Assembly: GCA_017541375.1 (NCBI GenBank)
Contig: JAFXZE010000008.1
Location: forward strand, 6,207 to 70,206
Origin: Clostridia bacterium
GTDB taxonomy: Bacteria > Bacillota > Clostridia > Christensenellales > UBA1242
Direction: 5' to 3'
DNA: 64,000 nucleotides
Part shown: in pieces, positions 56,282 to 64,000 of the stretch
Layout: each line of letters begins with the position of its first letter
How positions within the stretch are numbered: position 1 is the stretch's first letter
Notes under the pieces: generated by a model
The model's database searches: none
What the model was told of the DNA's origin: nothing
The model's input: only the letters and a program-made list of their open reading frames with translations
Made by a program: the position numbers and the translations under genes

Positions 56282-56470
56282 TTATTTATGATAAAGACAC
56301 TTACTTAGCACCTATACCCACAAACAAAAGCAAATATATAAGGAGATAGGATATAAACTTTTTGTAAATTAATTTTTAATTAGAAATTTTGTCGTCTATA
56401 AACTGGGGTTTAGTTGCTAAAAATTTCTGTTTATGCTATATTAAGAGAAAACAAAAAAGCGAGGTAAAAA

Positions 56471-58843
56471 ATGAACAAAGAAAACGGTGTGCTAAGTGGA
56501 CCGATTACAAAAGAGGAAATAGAGTTACTCATTTCCAATCCAAAGAAGTTTTGGGAAGGAGTAACCAAGATTGATAAGAGGACTTTTAAGGGCTGTATCT
56601 CTCTAAAGGACATAACTATTCCCGATAGTATAACAAGTATTGGTGACGGAGCATTTGATGACTGTGACAGACTAGAAAGTATTACTATTCCTGAGAGTGT
56701 AACAAGTATTGGTAAGTCGGCCTTTTATGGATGTAAAAATCTCAATAGCATCAACATTCCCGATAGTATAACAAGTATTGGTGAAGATGCTTTTTCGGGT
56801 TGTGAAAGTCTAGAGAGAATTACTATTCCTGATAGTGTAACAAGTATCGGCGATGGTGCTTTTTTTGGTTGTGAAAGACTAGAAAGTATTACTATTCCTG
56901 AAAGTGTAACGAGCATTGATGATTATACTTTTCTGAACTGTAAACAACTCAATAGTATCATCATTCCTAATAGTGTAACCAATATTGGATACAAAGCGTT
57001 CGTTGGGTGTACGAGTTTAACTAGTGTAACAATCCCAAATAGTGTAACAAGTATTGGAGCAATGGCTTTCAGTAGCTGTAGTGGATTAACCAGTGTAACA
57101 ATACCCAATAGTGTGACAAGTATTGAATACCTGGCTTTCTGTAGGTGTACTAGCTTAACCAGTGTAACAATACCTAATAGTGTAAAAAGTCTTGGAAGTA
57201 GGGCATTCGAGATGTGTACTGATTTAACCCGTATTACTATGCTGATGGGAATTAGTTGTGGCTCTGATTCTGTTGAGTGGGATAAGTTTAAATTTATACA
57301 ATTTCATGAAGATGGAAAAAACTTAAGCCTACTAAGCTCTCCACCGAAAAATGCTACAAATTGCATCGCTGCATCTCCAGACACCATGTTTAAGTGTGTC
57401 ACAAGTAGAAATTATGGAAAAAATACCATTAAACAGCAAAAGTTAAATCAAGAATTGGAAAAGCAGGGGCGCAAACCACTAAAATTGCCTGATTTTATGC
57501 TAGATACTTTTCCGCACGAGCAATTTAACAATATCTTTTACAACAATAATATCACTAGATGGCGAAATTTAGTGAAAACTCTTGAATTTGATAAATTACC
57601 AGATACCAAAAAAAATAATAGCCTAACCGATTTGTTGAAAATATATTATGCCATAGGTGGTTTTTCCGAGGTTCAAAGCGATAGTATAAGTGCATATAAC
57701 TATATTCTAGAGCACGTTGTGTCGAAAGAAGCTACATCTAGCGCAAACGGAGATTTTATTCACAAAGCGTTTTCAAAAGTGCAACTTGAAGGGCCGTATA
57801 ATAAAGATTTTGCTAAATTTTTTATGATGTATTATGATGACCCAGACTTCAAGCGGTTTAATCTCAAAGATGAAGATGATATGTTTATCGATTCGAAGAG
57901 CTTTTGTTGGGAGGCAGCCCACAACTCGTTTGGAAGAATTCAAAAAGATTTCCCAGGTAAGGTTGTAAGTGGCACAACTGGCAGGGAGGATTTATTGGAT
58001 CCACCATTTGTGATGAAGCATAGTATAATAGTTCAATATGAGAATGTTGAGCCAGGGAATGAATCGTTAGCTGAGTTAGTGGGGCGGTATGGCTATACGC
58101 AAAGTCAGTTTGAGTATATTCAGACCATCTACAACTATGCCAAAGCGCACAAAGATGAATATGTTATCATGGCTGACAAAGCAAATGAAGATGATCCAGT
58201 GAAATTTAGAGCGTTAGCAAAAGATGATCCTCTTGGTTTTGTATTGGGTGATATCACTAATTGTTGCCAACACATTGGGGGAATGGCACAAAGCTGTGTG
58301 GACGATGGATACAAAAATCCTAATGCAGGTTTTATAGTATTTGAAGAAAGTATACTAGATGATAATGGATTAGACACAGGAGAAAAGCGAGTGTTAGCAC
58401 AAGCCTACGTGTGGTATGACCCAGATACCAAGACAGTTTGCTATGACAATATTGAAATACCGGATAAGATTTTGGCAAAATTGCGCAAGGGAGATAAGCA
58501 TGGCAGCCTGATATCGGCAAAATCTTTGATTAGTGCAGTGGAAAAATCTGCTGAGTCAATAATACTTGCGATGAACAGAAAAGGAATTGAGGTAGAGCGA
58601 GTAACCACAGGAGAAGGGTATAATGACTTGAAGAAAGAATTGCAATCAAACTTTCCTCGAGAAAGTCCACCAAAATCGAAGGGCCCTAAAGGTGTATATA
58701 CAGATGCAAAAACAGCCCAATATATACTTTCTACATATGACAAAGTGACCAAGAAATATGGCGGTATAGTAAAGGATGCTCTAAAAGAGGCGACAAAAGG
58801 CCTAAGTGAAATAAAAACAGCCACTCAAGGCCGACAAGCATAA
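56471..58843 (+). CDS. BspA-type (LRR_5) leucine-rich-repeat protein without signal peptide, ~500-aa uncharacterised C-terminal domain
   Basis: About 8 repeats of ITIP(D/E/N)SVTSIG..AF.GC..L.S. The N-terminus MNKENGVLSGPITKEEIELL is hydrophilic. No motif recognised in the C-terminal region (..GDITNCCQHIGGMAQSCVDDGYKNPNAGFIVFEE..). Confidence 0.8.
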   Translation: MNKENGVLSGPITKEEIELLISNPKKFWEGVTKIDKRTFKGCISLKDITIPDSITSIGDGAFDDCDRLESITIPESVTSIGKSAFYGCKNLNSINIPDSITSIGEDAFSGCESLERITIPDSVTSIGDGAFFGCERLESITIPESVTSIDDYTFLNCKQLNSIIIPNSVTNIGYKAFVGCTSLTSVTIPNSVTSIGAMAFSSCSGLTSVTIPNSVTSIEYLAFCRCTSLTSVTIPNSVKSLGSRAFEMCTDLTRITMLMGISCGSDSVEWDKFKFIQFHEDGKNLSLLSSPPKNATNCIAASPDTMFKCVTSRNYGKNTIKQQKLNQELEKQGRKPLKLPDFMLDTFPHEQFNNIFYNNNITRWRNLVKTLEFDKLPDTKKNNSLTDLLKIYYAIGGFSEVQSDSISAYNYILEHVVSKEATSSANGDFIHKAFSKVQLEGPYNKDFAKFFMMYYDDPDFKRFNLKDEDDMFIDSKSFCWEAAHNSFGRIQKDFPGKVVSGTTGREDLLDPPFVMKHSIIVQYENVEPGNESLAELVGRYGYTQSQFEYIQTIYNYAKAHKDEYVIMADKANEDDPVKFRALAKDDPLGFVLGDITNCCQHIGGMAQSCVDDGYKNPNAGFIVFEESILDDNGLDTGEKRVLAQAYVWYDPDTKTVCYDNIEIPDKILAKLRKGDKHGSLISAKSLISAVEKSAESIILAMNRKGIEVERVTTGEGYNDLKKELQSNFPRESPPKSKGPKGVYTDAKTAQYILSTYDKVTKKYGGIVKDALKEATKGLSEIKTATQGRQA

Positions 58844-58866
58844 ATAGAGGAGGTAGGAATAGGAAT

Positions 58867-59106
58867 ATGAAAATTGAAACGGAAATAAAACAGGCGCAAA
58901 AAGCATTGGATACGGTTTTACAAAAACTAAATGAACTCGAAAAAGAAAAAGCTGGTATTATGAAAAAATATACAAAAGCAAACGATGCTGAAAAGAAAAA
59001 AATTGAAAAAGAAATGTCTGCTAGCGTAAAAAAGTACCAAAAACTATCTGAAGCTGCGTTGCTAGTGAGTCAAAAGATAAAGAAAATGAAAAGTCAATGC
59101 TGTTGA
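58867..59106 (+). CDS. Small Lys/Glu-rich coiled-coil protein (79 aa), unknown function
   Basis: GAGGAGG RBS. Heptad-like sequence ending QCC. Confidence 0.55.
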   Translation: MKIETEIKQAQKALDTVLQKLNELEKEKAGIMKKYTKANDAEKKKIEKEMSASVKKYQKLSEAALLVSQKIKKMKSQCC

Positions 59107-59216
59107 AAAATGTAGTACGTTTTTTTATGTTTTAGGTGGAAGGAAATAATATGAGTAATTTTGATAATTTGGCTTAAATACCAAAGAAAGTCGGTTCTTA
59201 TTATACACCTCTTGCG

Positions 59217-59257
59217 CCGCCAGTAGAAACCAATTTGAACCGCAGGGTTCTTTTTTT
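59217..59257 (+). repeat. Right copy of the perfect 41-bp direct repeat (tRNA-Ser 3' end plus terminator)
   Basis: Identical to 50019-50059. Also acts as a terminator hairpin GAACC-GCAG-GGTTC followed by T7. Confidence 0.95.
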
Positions 59258-59301
59258 GATGTTTAAGTTTTAAATAGAGTTGTAAAATTTTTTGTTTTTG
59301 G

Positions 59302-59330
59302 TTGACATTTTTAAGTATTAGTGGTATAAG
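59302..59330 (+). promoter_or_regulatory. Sigma-A promoter for pyrG
   Basis: TTGACA-17 nt-(TGg)TATAAG. Confidence 0.7.
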
Positions 59331-59343
59331 TAAATTATCAATT

Positions 59344-59396
59344 AAGGAGTTTTATTTACGTAAAATTACGTAAAAAAAAACTCCTTTCTTGTTTTT
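59344..59396 (+). promoter_or_regulatory. pyrG 5'-leader terminator/attenuator hairpin
   Basis: AAGGAGTTTTATTTACGTAA..TTACGTAAAAAAAAACTCCTT (about 19 bp of pairing) followed by TCTTGTTTTT, ending 15 nt before the pyrG ATG. Confidence 0.6.
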
Positions 59397-59410
59397 ATAG
59401 GGGGATTATT

Positions 59411-61012
59411 ATGACAAAATATGTGTTTGTAACTGGTGGGGTAGTGTCTGGAATTGGTAAAGGGATAATTGCTGCAAGCCTTGGTAGATTATTAAAAATG
59501 CGAGGGTTTAAGATTCAAGTTGAGAAATTTGACCCATATTTAAATGTTGACCCAGGTACTATGAATCCTAATGAACATGGTGAAGTGTTTGTAACAGACG
59601 ATGGAGTCGAGACCGACTTGGATTTAGGTCATTATGAGAGAATGATAGACATTAGTTTGAATAAGTTTTCAAATCTTACGAGTGGAAAAGTGTTGTGGAG
59701 TGTGTTAAATAAAGAGAGAAATGGGGAGTTTTTAGGTAAGACTGTGCAGATTATTCCTCATGTAACCAATGAGATAAAGAGTTTTATTCGTCAAAATGTG
59801 GAAAATACTAAGCCAGATGTATTGATAACGGAAATTGGGGGAACGATTGGGGACATAGAAAGTCAATCATTCATTGAGGCTATTAGACAATTTTCGCTCG
59901 AGGTAGGGCTAGAAAACTGTTTATTTATCCATGTTTGTTTAGTTCCATTTATTTCTGGGTCAGATGAGTATAAAACAAAACCTACTCAACATTCCGTGAA
60001 AGAGTTGCAGGGAATGGGAATTAGACCAGATATAATCATAGCTCGAAGTGACACAGCGATTGATGAAAGTTTGATTAAAAAAATTGCAATGTTTTGTAAT
60101 GTGAAAGAAGATTGTGTGATAAACGACATAACACTTGACGACTTGTATTTTTGTCCCAACTTTTTACATGATAAAGGCTTTGATGAAGTGGTGGTTAGAG
60201 AGTTGAATTTACCAGCAACCAAGATTGATTTTGCCGATTGGGATAAAATGCTTAAGAAAATAAAAAATCGGAGTGGAAACGTAACCATTGCAATTGTTGG
60301 AAAATATTGCAAACTTCGTGATTCATACATTTCAATTGTGGAAGCATTGAATCACGCTGGATGTGAAAATGGTGTTTTTGTAAACATTAAGTGGATTGAG
60401 TCGGAAGATATTAAATCTGAAGAAGATGCTAAAGACCAACTTTTAGATGTGCAAGGAGTGTTGGTTCCGGGGGGATTTGGTAGTCGTGGAATAGAAGGGA
60501 AAATTATTGCATGCAAAGTGGCGAGAGAAAATAAAATTCCGTATTTTGGAATTTGCTTAGGAATGCAGATTGCTGTGATTGAATTTGCTAGAAATGTTGC
60601 AGGCATCAAAGAAGCTAATTCGAGGGAATTCGCTCAAAAAGGAGATTTTGTAATCGATTTGATGCCAGATCAAGTTAACCAGCAAAAAGGTGGAACAATG
60701 CGACTTGGCGCCTATGATTGTGAAATAGTGCCAAATACAATTATGGAAAAATCATATAAATCAATGAAAATTTCAGAAAGGCACAGACATAGATATGAGT
60801 TTAACAATGATTACAGAGATATTTTAGTGAAAAATGGCTTAATTGTTTCGGGGGTTAATCCTCAAAAAAATATTGTTGAAACAGTTGAATTTAATAATCA
60901 TGGGCAATATTTTATCGGTGTGCAGTTTCATCCCGAATTTAAGAGTAGACCCACGTCGCCACATCCGTTGTTTGTCGCTTTTGTAAACGCAGCTAAAGAA
61001 TTAAAAAAATAA
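59411..61012 (+). CDS. pyrG: CTP synthase
   Basis: MTKYVFVTGGVVSGIGKGI..., glutaminase domain GICLGMQ...VQFHPEF. Confidence 0.98.
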   Translation: MTKYVFVTGGVVSGIGKGIIAASLGRLLKMRGFKIQVEKFDPYLNVDPGTMNPNEHGEVFVTDDGVETDLDLGHYERMIDISLNKFSNLTSGKVLWSVLNKERNGEFLGKTVQIIPHVTNEIKSFIRQNVENTKPDVLITEIGGTIGDIESQSFIEAIRQFSLEVGLENCLFIHVCLVPFISGSDEYKTKPTQHSVKELQGMGIRPDIIIARSDTAIDESLIKKIAMFCNVKEDCVINDITLDDLYFCPNFLHDKGFDEVVVRELNLPATKIDFADWDKMLKKIKNRSGNVTIAIVGKYCKLRDSYISIVEALNHAGCENGVFVNIKWIESEDIKSEEDAKDQLLDVQGVLVPGGFGSRGIEGKIIACKVARENKIPYFGICLGMQIAVIEFARNVAGIKEANSREFAQKGDFVIDLMPDQVNQQKGGTMRLGAYDCEIVPNTIMEKSYKSMKISERHRHRYEFNNDYRDILVKNGLIVSGVNPQKNIVETVEFNNHGQYFIGVQFHPEFKSRPTSPHPLFVAFVNAAKELKK

Positions 61013-61018
61013 CTTGTA

Positions 61019-61068
61019 AAATCTTTACTTTTTAAGTGTAAAAGCAGTTTTAAAGTAAAGATTTTTTA
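61019..61068 (+). terminator. Intrinsic terminator after pyrG
   Basis: AAAATCTTTACTTT...AAAGTAAAGATTTTTT (14-bp arms). Confidence 0.75.
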
Positions 61069-61565
61069 TTCATTAGGTTAAGATGTGAAAGATTGTGGAT
61101 AGTACCGATAAATTCAGAAATTTGGGTGAATAAAAATTCTGTCGTCTTTAGCCCTTTAAATTCCGCCAAATAATAATGATATGAGCCGTAGACTTTTTTT
61201 GATTTTTGCGATATATAAAGACTTTTCTTAATTTTTGTTTTTGCGGAATGGATATAAATTAAAGTTGCGTTTTTATAAAAAAGGGATTGTTATTTTGTCT
61301 ATTTTAGGAATGCTTTTAATTCTATCATTGATTTATTATATAATTAAAAGAGTTAAATCCAATTAGTATATTCTAGTTTAAATCGTTATTAGTAGAATTC
61401 ATACATAAATATCTTCTCAATTTTATTGAAGAGTATATGGAGTAAATTGAGCGGGATATGATATGATTAATGAAGTAAAAAACAGGCCTATAATCAGGTC
61501 TGTTTTTATTGTTATTATGTCATTCTGTTAGTTGTAAAAAATATCTCCAAAACATGTTATTTTGT

Positions 61566-61595
61566 TTGACTTTTTTTATCGAAAATTGGTAAAAT
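61566..61595 (+). promoter_or_regulatory. Candidate extended -10 promoter for the downstream LRR surface protein gene (about 170-nt 5' UTR)
   Basis: TTGACT-18 nt-(TGg)TAAAAT. Confidence 0.5.
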
Positions 61596-61691
61596 ATATG
61601 ATATAAGATTTTTATCTTAAATAAACTAGAAATGTGTAACATGTTTAGTAAGTGAGTGAGCAACTAAGCTTAAGCTCTTGGCATTTTGCGG

Positions 61692-61745
61692 TGCAGCGGC
61701 GTCGCTGCAAAAAGGAAAAGCTTTCAAGGCGGAGCGGTAGCTGCT
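61692..61745. repeat. GC-rich intergenic repeat, partial copy C
   Basis: Hairpin TGCAGCGGCGTCGCTGCA is the reverse complement of the copy B hairpin, with 1 mismatch. AAGGCGGAGCGGTAGCTGC matches copy A AAGGTGGAGCGGTTGCCGC (16 of 19). Confidence 0.6.
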
Positions 61746-61764
61746 ATCAAAAAGGAGATATATT

Positions 61765-64000
61765 ATGAAAAAAATGGGGAATCAAGCAAATATCTGTGCA
61801 TATGTAGGCTTTACGCTTACACTAGTTTTAGCGATGGTGGGGATATTCGCTTTTGGTTTAGGTTCTCATACGCGTACTCGCGCGGATAGTGTTGAGGCTG
61901 CAACAAGTGGCTACTGGACCTATACCGTGGCTAGTAACAAAGCCACAATTACCGCCTACAGCGGTACGGCAACTGACTTGACTATTCCGTCAACATTGGG
62001 CGGCTATTCGGTCACGGCTATTGGAGCAAGTGGCGCTTCTGCTACTTTCCTTACAAATGTACGTACGACCTTGACTAAAGTAACTATTCCAGCAAGTGTA
62101 ACAGAAATTAATTCAAGTGCTTTTAGTCGATGCACTGCGCTGACTACTGTAGCATATGCAGATGGGAAATGTGCAAACCTAAACTATTATAGAACAAGTG
62201 CTTTTTATGGATGTACAGCTTTAGTAGATTTTAAGTTTTCAAAAGGTTTCAAACAAGGATATGAATCCGTTTTATCTGGGTGTACTAACTTACAGCGTGT
62301 AGGGTTACCTATCAAAGCATACAGTTCAACTGTACCATTTACATTTGGTCTATGGGGATGTTTTAATAATTGTACATCACTTAGAGAGTTTTATCTAATA
62401 GATTATGGTGACAATGTAACAAAACCTTTCCATGGCGTAGATGAAAATGGGGTTTTATATCGTTTAGGATACAATAATAATCAGCCATATTATGGTGTTG
62501 TCGAAATTGTTCCTAATGCCTTTAATGGTGTTAATGGGTGTTTTACTATCCCAAGTACGGTTTACGATTTTTATAATTATTCATTTTTTGGTAGTAAGCT
62601 TACTAAGATTAAAATACCAAGCAATAATACAAACATGCTTAAGCTTGATTATGCTCCAATTAATAATTCAAATATTGCCGCTTTCGAGGTTGAATCTGGC
62701 AACCCTTCGCTTTATGCTATAGATGGGGTATTATATGGTAGGGTTTCATCTACACAGGTAAGATTACTTGCGTATCCCGAAAAGAAAGCTGGTAGTTCAT
62801 TTGTTATACCCAATGATGTTACACATGTTTGTCAAAATTCTTTTATGAATATTGAACAACTTACCAGCATTACTATTGGTAATAGTGTAACAAATATTGA
62901 CTATGGTGCTTTTAGGGGCACTTCAATAACATCCTTGCATATTCCAGCAAGTGTTAAATATATAAATTCTACTAGTAATATCTTTCCCAATACTGTAACT
63001 ACACTTACTGTAGATCCAGCAAATACCAATTTTAAAAGTGAAAATAATGCGATTTATTCCAAAAATGGGGAAACATTGTATTTCATAGCTCCACAACTAA
63101 CAGCTTTTTCCATTCCTGATGCTGTTAAAACAATAAGTGATACTGCTTTTTATAGCTCAAAAGTTGCCAACATAACAATTCCTGCTAGTGTTTCATTTAT
63201 TGGAGGTCAGTCATTTCGTGGCTCTAACAGTCTGGCATCTGTAACTTTTATGCACACCAGCATACCAACAGGCTTTACAATGGGGGGAAATGCATTTAAT
63301 AGTATCTCCGCACTTACAACAGTTAATCTTCAAAATCGTAATGTGTATAATTATTTCAAGTCGCATTTTACCTCAGGTTATTTTGCTAACGCACCAAGTT
63401 GTTTTAAGTGTCTTGATTACACAGTTACGCTCACGCTAAACAACAACGGAGACACAAGCACAAAGCTCTACTCTTGGGGGAATGGCAGCAATTATTCGAT
63501 GTATAGCAACGCCAACCACACCACATCGGCTTCTAGTGTTACTGTACCTACAAGAGCGGGATACACTTTTGATGGATATTGGCTCGATAGCGATGGTGAT
63601 TCCACTCAATACATCACAAAAACGGGGACTTTTGTGAGTGGAATAGCTGATATAGACGCGGATTCTACGCTCTATGCTCACTGGATTCCAGCCACGCCTC
63701 TTCTGTGGTCCACTCTTGGTGGAGCTGCAAAAATCTACCCAGTAGATAGCGAAACTGGAATGGTGCGTGCTGAGGTTACAGAAGCCTACGCAGGCTACAC
63801 TTTCGCTGGTTGGAGCCTCAATGACGGCACAAACATCAGTTCATACACAGTAGAGGGTGGGAATCCGAAAAAGGTTGTGGATATCCCCGCAAGCGTGCTA
63901 AATGGCAAAATTCTCATCGCATCGTTTAAGCAAAATAACACAGTTGTGGATACTTACGCAAACACGACACACAACTATCTTGTAGCGACAACAAACGGCG
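61765..64000 (+). CDS. Surface protein, 3'-truncated by the window edge: signal/anchor, BspA-type LRR_5 repeats, Listeria-Bacteroides (Flg_new) repeats
   Basis: Own translation from the ATG at 61765 (AAAGGAG RBS): MKKMGNQANICAYVGFTLTLVLAMVGIFAF..., ..LTIPSTLGGYSVTAIG.., ..ITIPASVSFIGGQSF.., then ..PTRAGYTFDGYWLD.. and ..AGYTFAGWSLNDG... I saw no stop in this frame up to 64000. Confidence 0.8.
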   Translation, partial: MKKMGNQANICAYVGFTLTLVLAMVGIFAFGLGSHTRTRADSVEAATSGYWTYTVASNKATITAYSGTATDLTIPSTLGGYSVTAIGASGASATFLTNVRTTLTKVTIPASVTEINSSAFSRCTALTTVAYADGKCANLNYYRTSAFYGCTALVDFKFSKGFKQGYESVLSGCTNLQRVGLPIKAYSSTVPFTFGLWGCFNNCTSLREFYLIDYGDNVTKPFHGVDENGVLYRLGYNNNQPYYGVVEIVPNAFNGVNGCFTIPSTVYDFYNYSFFGSKLTKIKIPSNNTNMLKLDYAPINNSNIAAFEVESGNPSLYAIDGVLYGRVSSTQVRLLAYPEKKAGSSFVIPNDVTHVCQNSFMNIEQLTSITIGNSVTNIDYGAFRGTSITSLHIPASVKYINSTSNIFPNTVTTLTVDPANTNFKSENNAIYSKNGETLYFIAPQLTAFSIPDAVKTISDTAFYSSKVANITIPASVSFIGGQSFRGSNSLASVTFMHTSIPTGFTMGGNAFNSISALTTVNLQNRNVYNYFKSHFTSGYFANAPSCFKCLDYTVTLTLNNNGDTSTKLYSWGNGSNYSMYSNANHTTSASSVTVPTRAGYTFDGYWLDSDGDSTQYITKTGTFVSGIADIDADSTLYAHWIPATPLLWSTLGGAAKIYPVDSETGMVRAEVTEAYAGYTFAGWSLNDGTNISSYTVEGGNPKKVVDIPASVLNGKILIASFKQNNTVVDTYANTTHNYLVATTNG

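Noticed and set aside
56389-56613. Two ~60-aa ORFs (56389-56574 + and 56431-56613 -) at the start of the LRR protein gene.
   Set aside because: They overlap the promoter, RBS and 5' end of the 790-aa gene and have no independent support.
59151-59177. 8-codon ORF MSNFDNLA with an apparent RBS (GGTGGAAGGAAA) just left of the right-hand direct repeat.
   Set aside because: It is too short and unsupported. It may be the remnant of a truncated gene at the island edge, but nothing in the sequence proves this.
50025-59216. Looked for an integrase, recombinase, transposase or conjugation/phage genes that would make the repeat-bounded segment a classical mobile island.
   Set aside because: None of the translated ORFs shows tyrosine/serine recombinase or DDE motifs. 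I therefore report only an island-like footprint and do not annotate a mobile element.
61686-61889. 67-aa + strand ORF (MRCSGVAAKRKSFQGGAVAAIKKE...).
   Set aside because: It runs through repeat copy C and then out of frame into the well-supported LRR surface protein gene that starts at 61765.
62492-63681. ORFs 62492-62722(+) and 63436-63681(-).
   Set aside because: Both lie inside the long open frame of the LRR/Flg_new surface protein, in an alternative frame or antisense, so they are spurious.

Overview
Low-GC Bacillota-type chromosome segment, about mid-30s %GC by eye and not computed. It uses the standard genetic code (TGA ends uvrB and the first radical-SAM gene).

- **1-11.1 kb:** distal spc operon plus alpha operon (rpsQ to rplQ, with secY-adk-map-infA-rpmJ). 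Several ribosomal proteins are Zn-ribbon forms, and L24 has an unusual Zn ribbon plus a Lys-rich tail.
- **11-17.6 kb:** a membrane-anchored HNH nuclease gene, the conserved yloV/yloU <-> rpmB unit, two unknowns, a 22-bp tandem repeat array, and rpsF-ssb-rpsR.
- **18-46 kb:** uvrBA, a split TSUP permease pair, a pro-sigma-K-like sigma factor, and very large surface proteins. These are a 1022-aa LRR/transglutaminase/Big_3 protein, a 1027-aa CBM-like type I membrane protein, and a 4189-aa GLUG/DUF285 lipoprotein.
- **46-50 kb:** comEC, holA, alr and tRNA-Ser(CGA).
- **50.0-59.3 kb:** a visibly more AT-rich segment bounded by perfect 41-bp direct repeats, the left copy being the 3' end of tRNA-Ser plus its terminator.

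This last segment holds the most interesting system. It is a tight operon of a 19-codon peptide gene, an intrinsic terminator, two radical-SAM (SPASM/twitch) maturases, a minimal ProRS paralogue, a full-length archaeal-type ProRS and an MccF-like S66 peptidase. This looks like a candidate undescribed RiPP-like / aaRS-targeting or aaRS-dependent peptide system. A signal-peptide-less LRR protein follows it.

The window ends with pyrG, which has a leader attenuator hairpin, and another LRR surface protein that runs off the edge. A family of GC-rich hairpin-containing intergenic repeats occurs at least 5-7 times across the window.
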